Both the position numbers and the translations under genes were made by a program. From Tubulanus polymorphus (lineage: Eukaryota; Animalia; Nemertea), in assembly GCF_964204645.1 (NCBI RefSeq), contig NC_134025.1, positions 27,756,299-27,820,298 of the forward strand: a DNA stretch of 64,000 nucleotides. Direction: 5' to 3'. The notes beneath the pieces are model-generated. The model was not told where the DNA came from and ran no database searches. It saw nothing but the letters and a program-made list of their open reading frames with translations. Below are positions 52,301-64,000 of this stretch, in pieces. Numbering within the stretch: the first letter of the stretch is position 1; every line of letters starts with the position of its first letter.

Positions 52301-54472
52301 TATTGTTTGTTAATTGATTGAGGTTAAACTGGCCGGAAAAACCATCATTTGCATGATTACAAGTGAAAACAACGCCCGGAGGAGTTGTCACGTTGTAAAA
52401 TAAAACTTTCAGAAAAGAATAAGCACTTTCTAATAAACAGTGCAGTTTTATCAATTAGTTAAAAACTATGAAAAAAAAAGAATTTTGAGCATATGTCAGT
52501 TAAGGGACGGGTATATTAGACTGGGGGAAGACATAATAAAAATGTTGCGTTTATCAAATTTTTGGCTGAAATATCCTGTTTGGCAGCAAGCGCACCATTG
52601 TTTATGGAGTCATCTTCTTCCTTTTCTCTAACGTATTTGTTGTCGATGAAGCTGATATCTCTGTGTTCTCGTTATGATTAGATTAACCACTAATGAAGCA
52701 TGCACGATGTTATAATGATTAGCAATTTCGGGTGTGTGAGATGTTACGTATGGAGCAGTCAACGAAAACCTTGAACCGTTTGTATTCATCGACTTACTGA
52801 TGACTACAGTCGAACTCACTTAATTCGTCTTGAATCGACCGAAATTCTCATCAGGCTGAAATCTGATACGAATTAAGCGGATTTGACCGTATTCGTTAAG
52901 ATTCGTTAAAACCTGAATAGAGCTCTGTACCTGCACTATACCTGGGAATAAAATCATGAGTGATTTTTTACGTGGTTCAGGGTTTTAAGCCAGGCTCAAT
53001 CAATCCTTAATATGATTAGCTTTTATTGCCGAGCATAGATTCAATTTACATCGCATAAGGATGCATTAAATCACTCGATGGTTAAGAATGTTAAGCGCAC
53101 CAACGTTCAATCCCGTCTCGGCACTATCTCTGGCAAGCGAGGGAGTTTGAATTTCAGTAGCGAGTAGTAGTTTGGTTAATACTACTAAACGTGCATGGAC
53201 ATAAACTGTGATGTGTCAGAGGTTAGTCATGAAAAGATTAATCAAGCAAATCTACATTTCGTGAATTTTATTGGAAAAGTTATCAAAGTTACAAATGTTA
53301 AACTCTCCAAACAAGTTGAATTATAACAAGTATATTGTATATAAACTGGGTGCTGATTAAAGCTGATTAATTATTAGTTACATAACCAAAGATTTACCAT
53401 GTTTCTGACCTTGGGATCTACTGAATTAATAAATCTGACCGTTTTTTAGGTAGAATTGATGAATTTAGAAAATATAAATCCTTGGTCTCAAGAATCAATG
53501 GTTATGTCAGAATCGAGCCATACATTTGGAGGTGGTCTATTATGTGAAATGTTGGTGACCGATAAACGTTGCTACCCGCTCCAAATACATGTCTCAAAAA
53601 ATAAATCAAAAGTTATTGAATATTAAATTAAACTTTTTCAGGTTAGTGAATTTCAGCTGCTAGAATACAAGTTAGAATATAAAGCGCAGAGATTCAGCCT
53701 CATTTATCATACGTACAATAAGTGTTTTGTTCATTTTGCAAACATATCACGTTAATATATATACATCTATATATCCACATATATAATATACATGAATATA
53801 CATAGCTTCAAACACAGGAATTTCATTTCATTCTATTTCTCCTATGTCTTTATAAGGCACTTATAGAATTACGCACCATTGAATGTACCGACTTCAGCGC
53901 TCAGTAAAAGGAAATAAAAAACATTTCTGGGCAAGTTTCACAATGTCTGTTCGTATTTAGAAAGTCTAACGTGATTTGAGATTCAACATGGCGAAACTTG
54001 CCACTCAATACAAGCAGTAGTGTATAGATTACAAGTGATGAATTCAAGTTAGGTGATGATGAATCCAGGATATATAAGTTTCTAAAGAAAATTATCATCT
54101 AATTAACGTATGGAACAAGTCATCTAATAATGTTGACAATATTGGTCTACTTCTCTACATACAAAAAAAAACTAACCATACATTACAGATTAATGTTAAG
54201 TACTTCTTAACTCAAGTTTTCATAACATATTTTTCCTGTAGCTTAAAAGAGTTCACCAGATCTTAACGTATTACAATGCGGCCTTGCCACCTTTCAAAAA
54301 AACAAAACAAATATACATCTGCAAATACGAGAAAAATCTTACCACATGGAAGACAGCCTCGAGATAATACGTTCGAAAATAAATTCATAAATTATGATAA
54401 TTCAATTATGATTCTTTAAGAGCACCCCTTTCACTTGTAACGAGTACAAAATGTCATGAAAATACATATATA

Positions 54473-54504
<32 letters not shown>

Positions 54505-56073
54505 CTATAAATACCATTATCTGAACAGGCATTTTTATTAAGATATGCTACGTTTTAAACCCTATTATTTTTATTTCTATCATGGCATCTATCTCCACAA
54601 TATTCACTAAACCATCGTAACACTTTAATACAAATATAAAACAACTTCCAAGTGATATTTTTGAAATTTTCAATATTTTGATTTTGTTCAGTTGCGATAT
54701 GTAGCTAAATACAATTTCAATGCGGCAATCGGTGTCGAGATTCGTTATTAAACTATTTATAAGCGACGGGATATGTAACATCACAGCACAGGAGATATTT
54801 GATTATTGACGATGCTCCCAACGAGAAGTCAATCGTGTACATTTGATATATCATTCCAAACCAAACAAAAAGCAAATTTTCTTGTTTGCAAAAGAACTCG
54901 AGAGAAAGATATGTTCGCGATGATATGAGTCTCTTCAGATCTATTCGTATAACTTCAGATCTCATGTTTTAAGTGGAGAAAGAGAGAGAGAGAGAAATCT
55001 CTAGTATTCTTCTATCTATTTTTAACAAGTATGCAAAACTAAACATAATATAAGCTAGGGCACTCTGTGCTTGAAAAAAAATATAACTATTGATAAGAAC
55101 TCTTTACTGACAAATACTGGTCTTTCTCAAATCTAACGTACTTTTACCCTCGCTTTTCTCGGAGAGTATATACGCGATGTACCACTGACCATCTAGAAAA
55201 CTGGCAAACGGCGCAAATCCTTTTCTTTTAAGTAAAATGCCAGCGAGACGCGATGTAGATGGTAAGGAACGAGTTACCATACGAATCAATAATGATGTAC
55301 TGCCCTCAGGAATTTATCAAGATGCCAACGAAAGCACGCACATAGCACAAATACCCCGATACTTTCACATAACGAGCTACACCAGTCATTATGCGCAATA
55401 TGCTATATTATACAACGCTAAAATAGGGTCAATTTGAACACTTTCTCGTAAGGAAAGGCATTAGTCAAATGGGGGTTTTAAGATATACATGTAATTCGAT
55501 TCCTGAATTGTCTAAACACTGATATGCATATCAAAAGGTAGGCAGTCCATCATTAGAGGTGTTTTAACGGGCTAAAAAGTAAGTAGCTTTACTATGAACT
55601 ACTCGACACTTTCGGTCATCACTGATTGATACGCACTTATCAACTGCTCACATGGACCATCTATCACTATCAATAGTCTCTGTATTATGCAAATTTCTGT
55701 CAGATGGGTTAATTCATAGTTATTGTTTATGCAGCAGTTATCGCGAAAATCAAAAAAATAGTTGATTCTCTCAGCATTTGAGCAATTTGTGCATATTTTA
55801 AATGTTACTTTCCAGTAAGTTGGAAGACTTAACGTAGTTTTTTTTTTAACTGTCAACAAGCTCAACTACATTTGTGAATATTTTATCACTAACACCAGCA
55901 CAATCTGTTTTTGTTAAGTTAAAATTAATCAGTCTAGAAACATGCTGCTGATCAATATAACACCAAGCCGGGCCGGGGTCCACATTCTCCTTCCATCGAT
56001 TAGTTGTTTTTTGTTTGATTAGTCTTGCCGACCAAGGCCTCCTCTAATTCTCGCGTGGTACCTGTGTAGAACG

Positions 56074-56138
56074 TCAGCCCGCGTCAGGCGCCCGCATGAA
56101 GTTGTTGCGAGGAAGGATGTTAGTTGCCAGCCAGGTTA
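56074..56138 (-). CDS. Candidate alternative terminal exon of quaking (VTWLATNILPRNNFMRAPDAG*)
   Basis: Branch-point-like ACTAAC (56176-56171), a long pyrimidine tract and TAG acceptor at 56139; GC-rich island in AT-rich surroundings; reads in frame from the phase-1 donor at 61313. Confidence 0.55.
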
Positions 56139-59067
56139 CTAGTCAGTGAAAGAAAAATAAAAAGAAAGGTGTTAGTTCAATAATAAAGATGCACTTAATA
56201 ATTTTTGTATATACAAGAGTATAAAAATAAATAAAATAGATAGAGAAGAGAGTGCTATGAATTGCTATATTACATCGGCTTATAAGGACACAAGTTTTAA
56301 TTATTCATAATGTATCTATAAAGTGCTAATCAATGGTTTCCTGATCTAAGCGAAATCCATGATGTATATTACGAAGTACTAATTAGTTTTAATATAATTA
56401 TCACCTGAATGATGAATGCATTATGAAGTTAGATATTGTGAAAGCCATGTATGATCATGCCCGGTTCTGAAATCTCTTATACAAAGCGCTATGAAATTCC
56501 CGTATAATTAAAAACTGTGTCCAAGTTACAGCAAAAAGATGCTTTAAATTGATTAGAATTTTAACAGGGAGAGTCAGAATATGCAACACAAATGCGTACT
56601 CTTCTCTACTACCAACTCATTATTAAAATCACAAGTTAAAAAGTACATACAAAACATATCCCATATATTAAAAATATCAACATGTCATAGTCGACGAGGG
56701 GTTTTTGTATATAATACATCTAAGACGGTATATATTATTGGAATGAACCCCGGTTTGTTACCATGCATGTCAGGCTACTGAGATGAAGAAGGCATGCAAT
56801 CAAAGTATTAAGCTTTGGAATCTCGGTGTTTTTTGTGCTTAAATGTTCTTATTTTCATATTAAACTGAAGCGGGTTGCTTATATATTATGTATATTACAA
56901 TACAATTCGTATAAAATACACAAATTTGCACAAAGTTAGTATCAAAAAAGTACCTCGAGGTTAGTTAGAATTATGAACATTGGATTTGATCGGTAGAGTT
57001 AGTGCAAATCGAGAGCCTAATACTAATAATTCCAAATTCTCATCCAAAATTTCATTGAATTGATCAATATTTCTACAGACAGTCGACGAGGTTATTCAGT
57101 AAATACTTTATGACGTATATATCCATAAATGGAATCCTGTAGAATGTGAAACCAAATACGCAAAAATTACAATACTATGAAATGGTAATTATACTGAAAA
57201 TATCATTTATTTCCAAAGTGCAAATTTGTATATAACATAATATTCTCTGGTAACATACTTTCCATAATATGGTAAACAAATACAACAATTTAAGACATCG
57301 GAACATCTTAAATCATAGGGATAATATTATTGACAGATATCTAACCCCACCACAGTCTAAATCTGAGTGAAACACATCTTCAACAAGTGCTTTCTAAAAT
57401 ATTCCAATATATATTTTAACAAACAAGGGATGTAATTCCTTGTAGAAAATGAAAACTAGATCAAATTGAATTATTATCTTCCGTCCCATCTCGGGATATT
57501 GTCGATAAAATATATAAAAATATAGAAGAAAAAAAAAACAAAAATGATAATACTTTCAATATTAAGGGCCACCACGCCGCGCAATATCAAATACATTGTA
57601 ACTAATACTACTAAGATCTAATGGTTCGCTACCATTGTAGATACAAACAGCAAGATATAAGAATACTGATACACAATCAATTGTGAAGAACTAATCTTGA
57701 ACTTCCCCTAGTTGTTTTCCGATCCAATATTGTTAATTGAGACCTACTGAGAGGAGTCAGTTCTTACTCGATCAAACATACAATATATAATGTATAGATA
57801 CTGATTTTTTATACCAAAACGTATGTACTTCAACACGCACTACATTTTTTTTTTTTAACAACAGATGAACAAATACCAGTTTTACTACTCACTGGTAACC
57901 AGTCTAACTAACATGTGACTAGGACTGGTTAACCCCACATTTGTGTATGAAAACAATAGATTAGGTTACTTCATTTGTGTTAATCAAGTTAGAAGGCTAA
58001 CAGTACTAATATTCATAATATAAAACTTTTAGCCAGGCAAATTAAAAAAAACCCTAAAAATTCCTCTATCTAATAGAAAGGCTATGAAGATCAATGTTCA
58101 ATGTTATTATTACTGTTAAATCTAGATTTTTCTACATTAAAAATTCTGAGACAGAAGTGAATTTGAAAAATATTGCACAGAATCGTGACGAACAAATAGG
58201 TGATAGATTTTGTTTGCATTAACGGATAACGGTTTATCGTTTATGCCTCCTTTCAATAATATTAGATCAAAACTTTCAAAACTATTACAAATGTGGGGCT
58301 AGATGAGTGAGTAAAACATGTTGAAGTATTCATCATCGAGAATATGACATGAATATGAACCCTAAACCACAAATGCACATACGTATATAGATATATTCAT
58401 TATGCGCTTTAAATACACAACAATAATCTAACAAATTACCTGCAAAAGAAATACTATGATTAATTCTATATACATGAAACTGTAGGCGTTTCTTGACTTT
58501 CAACAAAACTTATAACAATAAAACATGGAATAAAAAATCATTCCCATGACATCCGCATTCTGGATGTGGATTTCGGGCTCGCTAGCCTCAAATGACGAAG
58601 GCAAAGGTAACTTTCTTTGCGCGCGCACAAGCAACTAAAGTAAATGGATTTTAAAATAAGTCATAAAACACCTACAGTCCCAGAAGAGGCTGAAAGCAAA
58701 AATGTCATATCGCACGCAGAGAAAGGAGAGATTCGTCTATTCAAATAAACAAATATCTCCTTTCGCATACTCGAAAAGAACTTCCACTAAATTCCAACAT
58801 TCAATGCTCTTGACAATTCCGCTTATGTCGACTAGAGGTCGATGAATCAAAAAATAAGAATCATCCTCCACGAGTAGAAAATTCTACAGCTCAGGTAGTC
58901 AATAATGCCAGATGTTTCATACTCAGGCGGTGAAGGGAAACTTGACGAAAAATATAATGCCATTCAATCATATTTAGCGGAGTCATATTAAACAGTGAAT
59001 TACAGGAATCTAGAAGTGTGGAAAGTCAGAACGAAACACATGTTAATCAACTAACCTTGGTGTGTTA

Positions 59068-61624
59068 CTATTGGAGGGTTACTCGTCTATAAGGATGCTC
59101 TCGTGAAAAAGTATTCCGTACTTTAGGGACAGCACCTACAACAGGCCACATGGATTAGCAAACATTCCAAATAGGATTATCATTATTATTATTATCATTA
59201 TTATTCAAATAAATTATTGTTAAAATAACATCGCAACGAAAATCTAAAAGTGAGCAAGATGAGGAAGGAGCTAAACGTTCATTACAACTTTTATTAAGAG
59301 ACAAATATGATAACATCCCAGTTTTCGAACCTTAGTGATTTAGATGTTATGAAGTTGTTTTAAGTGAACTACGCTTGGGTTAAAAACAAAGTAATTTGAG
59401 TCGCTGTTTTCTATCAGTTCGCTGTTACTGGCGTCATGCATGCTTGAAGATCCATGTTACCTTCGCGGTAGTGTGAGAAATTCGATAAGAATTTGCTGAA
59501 GTCGCCAAGCTATTCCGGTTTCTCTCTCGAGAGAGAAATCTTCGAATACCAGGCTAAATCAATGTTTATAGGAAAAACTTTTAGTATAGAAATATTATTC
59601 ACGCATCCAAATATATCTAAAATTCGGAAAGGAAAATCTAGACACTCAGGGATCGGGGTGAAGTTGGGAGCATTAAAAACAACATTGATTTTATCTATGA
59701 AATGATTACACCTATCGATCCCGTGTTGGGCGTAATAAGAAACCGAAGACGCACTAGAATTTTAGCGAAGAGATCCGATTCAGTATGAAAATGTCAGAAT
59801 GAACGAAGGTCAATATCCTCATCATGCTCACGTTTTATTTCCACAAAGGTATGTAAAATCTGCTAAAAATACTTTTATTTTGACGTGTCAGTAAGAGTTA
59901 TACAGTATTATATATACCTCTCTGGGTTGTGGGCTTTTTAAACTATGAGAAGGAGACGAATAGCTCATACTAATGTGATTAATGATCATCGAGTTTTGTG
60001 CTAAAGGAGCTGAAATACCAGCAAAACACATGCTTGCAACCATCAGCCAAAAAGTTGCTTGTATTTTTTTTTGTATGTTTGGAGAATACATGATTTAGAT
60101 TGGCATTTACACGGTGGGAATATATACCAACAGCAACTAGCTCGGCAAAGAAAGTTCATGGTCATCAAAAGAGAAAGCTTTTAACACTGATTTATGCTGG
60201 GTTCAGCACCCAGTGGCATTCTCAATACACTAGTCCAAAATACCGCAACACAAGATGTTTCTGATGGGAAAATACTGATAAGTTTAAGAAAGTTTAGAGC
60301 GGGTTCGTATGAGCTACCATCTCCGGGTTTTAGTAGTATTTTGTTAGCTTGGTAGAGAAGCTCAAAAAATAGTATTAATCTTTTATATATACATTGTACG
60401 TAATGTATTTACATTTCAACAACAAAATGTCAACAAATTGAAAGACTTTGGTCGAATAAATTACTACTACAATAGTCAATAGTGTGTTTTGTATCTTGCA
60501 GAAATACTGCCAAGACGATCGCTTCAAGCCTGCAACAAATCTGTGCAGAACAACGGGTCTCCAATAACAACAACATCCGTTGTGATAATAATCATCACAA
60601 CACTCATACTACAACAAAAATATCTCAAAATAAAATCTGTTTCCTTGTATAGGGAATGATATAACAATAGGCGATAGAGTAAAATGCATTTTTTAAACTG
60701 ATTCTATCTTCTATAGTCTATTTTAGCGATAAAATCTTTTCAAAGATTTCGTTTTAATTATTCGTGAATAGCTGCCTCTCTAAGAAAGAGTAACCGGTAT
60801 CGAATTCTTTCTTCATTCAGTCGAGACATTAGCCATTCTAGAAGAGCTGCTGAGAAACAGCCACTCTCTCTGACTTACGGCTTCAGTACGCAGTGTCCGC
60901 GTAGTGGGTTTACTAAACTAAATTCTCAATATCTCAATACAATAATAACAAATAGCTTCCAATATAATAATAAAAAAAGAAATAATACTGAAAAAGCTAA
61001 GCAAAACCTACACAATATATAAATAGGTAAAATTCTATACCGTATTTATCATTCTTTAATAATAATATTTACTACGAAACTTTCCTCGTTTATCAATCAA
61101 ACTATTATATAATGGATAAATTGACATAATATAGGCGCAAGCTATAAATACAAGTTACATCTCGAATCGTGAAGTCTAAGTCGTATCGGGCCGGGACTTT
61201 CTCATCAATATCTATGAGCTATCGCTAACTTGAGCCGTTTGTCTATTCGACTGCGGATTGGATCCATGCGGACCGTTTAGAAACGGATTAATCATTAAAT
61301 GACATGGTCTACCTGCGGTGCTTTGATCCAAAGTTGCTCCGTGCGGATATTCGAACATCTGCGTCAGCGTATACGGGTAGTCGTATGGCGAACCGTACAG
61401 CATCGCGCCTTCGGTCGGCGACATCATATTCGTTAAATTCTGCGGCATCGTCGGTATACCATTGACCAGACTAGCAGCAGTGGACGTCGGGATGGATGGC
61501 ATACGTGGAGCGAGTATGATCGGAGCACCAGCTGGAGTCGGAGATCTCATCTGAGGGACGGCGAACTGTGGTGGAGGGATGATTCTTGGCGGCTCTGCGA
61601 GTTGAGAAAGGGATGACATGATTG
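59068..61624 (-). CDS. QKI: 3' coding exons of a quaking / held-out-wings STAR RNA-binding protein (partial; KH exons beyond the window end), QKI-5/HOW(L)-type isoform
   Basis: Exon 61624-61313 (phase 1-1) encodes PRIIPPP..MRSPTPAGAPIIL..EGAMLYGSPYDYPYTL..FEYP, matching the Pro/Tyr-rich QKI exon (PRIIT..LRTPTPAGP..EAGLIYTPYEYPYTL..LEYP). Exon 59135-59068 encodes GAVPKVRNTFSREHPYRRVTLQ*, matching QKI-5 GAVATKVRRHDMRVHPYQR. Confidence 0.9.
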
Positions 61625-61661
61625 CTGGAATCGAGTGGATAAAAAAAACAACTATCAATTA

Positions 61662-61684
61662 CATGCAACATGCATAAACATGCA
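61662..61684 (-). promoter_or_regulatory. Triple UGCAUG (Rbfox-type) intronic splicing element
   Basis: CATGCA on the + strand at 61662, 61669 and 61679, i.e. 38-60 nt upstream of the quaking acceptor. Confidence 0.7.
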
Positions 61685-61690
61685 TAATTC

Positions 61691-61779
61691 ATACGGTCCA
61701 TCGCATCCGATGAATCAACCGAGCGATTCATCCAGGTTTATAGAATAGGTGTTGATTCGTCGGGATGGATGGATCGTAT
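61691..61779. repeat. Imperfect 29-bp inverted repeat (hairpin) in the quaking intron
   Basis: ATACGGTCCATCGCATCCGATGAATCAAC (61691-61719) pairs with GTTGATTCGTCGGGATGGATGGATCGTAT (61751-61779). Confidence 0.85.
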
Positions 61780-64000
61780 CAAACTCTACCGCGTCGAGAT
61801 TCATTAATCGTATCATCAAAGATAATTTGAATGAACATTTTAAATTGCTGAACAAATAATTATTTCTTCGTTGATTAAGTCGATTGTATAATTCTTATCG
61901 AAGTTTCGTCGTTTGATTCGCGGGTTTTACGCGATGTGTAATTGGAAACGTTCGGTTGTAAATGAAATCGATTTCTGTATATGACGAACACCAGTAACCA
62001 GCCCTTGATTCATGTTCACATTTCAAGCCCAATTTCATTTCGATCAAAGAAAATTGATGGTTATTTCCCGTTCGCAACGCGAAGCGTTATATTCTTCACG
62101 GAAAAATATACGTTAACGGAATACATTCACTTCATTTCTGGTATCGCCATATAAAATTTGATGGAATAAGTTGATGGGTTCGATTCCAGATAACGATAAG
62201 ACATCAGGTTTATAATCAAAATGCTGCTGACTCGATACACAATAATATACATCGAATATGAATATTTATTAAGAACTCCCGTTGAAGAAGCGCTCTTCAG
62301 TCGCGACGTTATCCAGACTACGCTTTTACGACGAGACATTTATCTAGCGGTGAATCAGAAATTTGTAACATGAATCAGAAAATCAGCAGCATCTTTCATC
62401 GGAAAATAAATCGACCGAAAAACCACTCATTCAAATTATTTCATTTTCTGGTGGGTGAACATTCGTATCCTGATCTTTAAAAGGCTTCTTTGATGCGTTG
62501 TCTCTCAGAAATCTATTTCGTTTCAACGCTTTCACTTTCTTACTCGATCGCAATATTTGAAAGGTCAAGAATTTGCGAAAGTTTTTTTTTTTGTAACACA
62601 ATCATCGTTTAACAAGGATACATTGACAAAATAACAAACAATACACATGCATGCAAGAAAAATAAAAAACAACAACAATAACAAATCAGGCATGAACACA
62701 AAAATGGAAGGAAATTCTGGGAGGTTGCTTACATTTTATACCCATCACCATAACCATAAATACATATAAATTATCATGAGTATAAATACTACAGGGAATG
62801 GGTAAATAATATAAAATATTTGGTTGAAACAGGGATCGAGAGCAGCCTAATATTGTGTTAGGCATAGGAGTATTTCTAAAGAAGCCGAATAGAATTGAAA
62901 TCCCGATTAAAATTGACCACTTACTTTCATTGGGGTGCATCATTATGGGGTTCACTGGAATGGATAATTTGGAGTTAATGGATCACATTTTTACGAAGAT
63001 AGGAAAAAACAATTATACACTCCGCCTACATGGTATAATGCGGTTTGTGATGTTATCGGCGAAACTTTGATGTAGAGACGGACGTCATCATAATGACGAA
63101 ATCGTATTTGACCAGATGAAAGATGAACGAAGAATAGCGCCGTAACCTTATTAAAAAAACACCTGATAGAAGCTGAACAAATGGTAACGGCAGCAACAGC
63201 AGCACTGAATGAATGAATGAATGATGTCCTCGCTTTGATTCACTTCGATAATTCACTGTAGCATTTTTAACTTCCAGCATCTATGACATAACATGAAAAA
63301 TCGGAACCACTTCGAAACAAAACCGAATCCCGCATAAATCCTTCACAACCGTCCCGGGCTTAATACGATATCCGTAAAGGCGACATCAATTCTATAAATT
63401 TCAAAAATCTTAGACGAGTTTCTACTGCATCAAATTGAAGATGTCGAGAATTACTTCGTTGAACTGTAGGAAAAAGCGACGCCACCAAACACTGGAATAT
63501 CAACAGGAAATTTCAAGAACTGTTCCCCGACTTGTTTCTTTTGATCTTTCCAGTTAAGAAATATCATCAATGCCGGCTAATCAAGTGATAAAAATAGTCA
63601 AGAGGCTGCGTCTCATTGAACTGAAAACATCGCTGCAGTACTTGACGACGATGAACATCCATTTCAAATGTCAAGTAGAGTCTTCTCCAAACTGCGTAGT
63701 TAATAATGATCAAGTAGGAAGTTCTTGTAGATTATTACTTATGTTTAAGTTTCCGGTTCTAGACAATCTAGAGTTTCTTATCAATCAACAAACAGTTCAC
63801 ATATTTTCACAAAGGAATATCAACTTTTACGGGGTTTTCTTTCGGAATTTTTTTAGTCCCAGATCCGACGTAAACGAACAATATATCGAAATGTATCATC
63901 ATAATCTGTAATACGATTATGTCATATCATCGGCTCAAGATTATTAAGACGCGATATAGAAAATTAATCAAAATAACCCGTAGTTAAAGAATCCGGTGCC

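Noticed and set aside
61691-61779. Hairpin as a pre-miRNA
   Set aside because: The 31-nt loop is long, I recognise no known miRNA in the arms, and G-U pairing favours the antisense strand. Kept only as a splicing-structure candidate.
63570-63911. 113-aa + strand ORF as a nested antisense gene in the quaking intron
   Set aside because: No recognisable family or splice structure; neighbouring frames contain stops. Cannot be supported without BLASTX.
1-64000. Prokaryote-type systems (CRISPR array, operons), tRNA or rRNA genes
   Set aside because: The sequence is spliceosomal-intron eukaryotic DNA; no spaced repeat array or recognisable structural RNA gene was seen by eye.

Overview
AT-rich eukaryotic genomic DNA from an invertebrate animal, probably a lophotrochozoan (inferred from protein similarity and the many 70-100 nt GT-AG introns). 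The ORF track is mostly spurious; genes were rebuilt by hand from splice sites and reading frame. Order: about 11.6 kb with no recognisable coding sequence; a trachealess/NPAS1/3 bHLH-PAS gene (+) with two candidate first coding exons; MRPL44 (-, intronless CDS); a calponin/myophilin gene (+); a divergent calcineurin-B-like EF-hand gene (+); MTCH2 (-, 12 exons); a second calponin/myophilin gene (+); and the 3' part of a quaking/how STAR RNA-binding gene (-), whose KH exons lie beyond the window. Short TIR elements and small palindromes are scattered in introns. The most interesting observations are three. (1) The quaking 3' splice site carries three UGCAUG motifs, a tandem acceptor and an intronic hairpin whose arm duplicates 15 nt of the exon. 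(2) The calcineurin-B-like gene has an ATG-only first exon behind RFX/Fox-like motifs, plus an alternative 73-aa first exon that would mask myristoylation. (3) Two 33-35 bp palindromes look like P/Galileo-type excision footprints. None of these has been checked against expression data.
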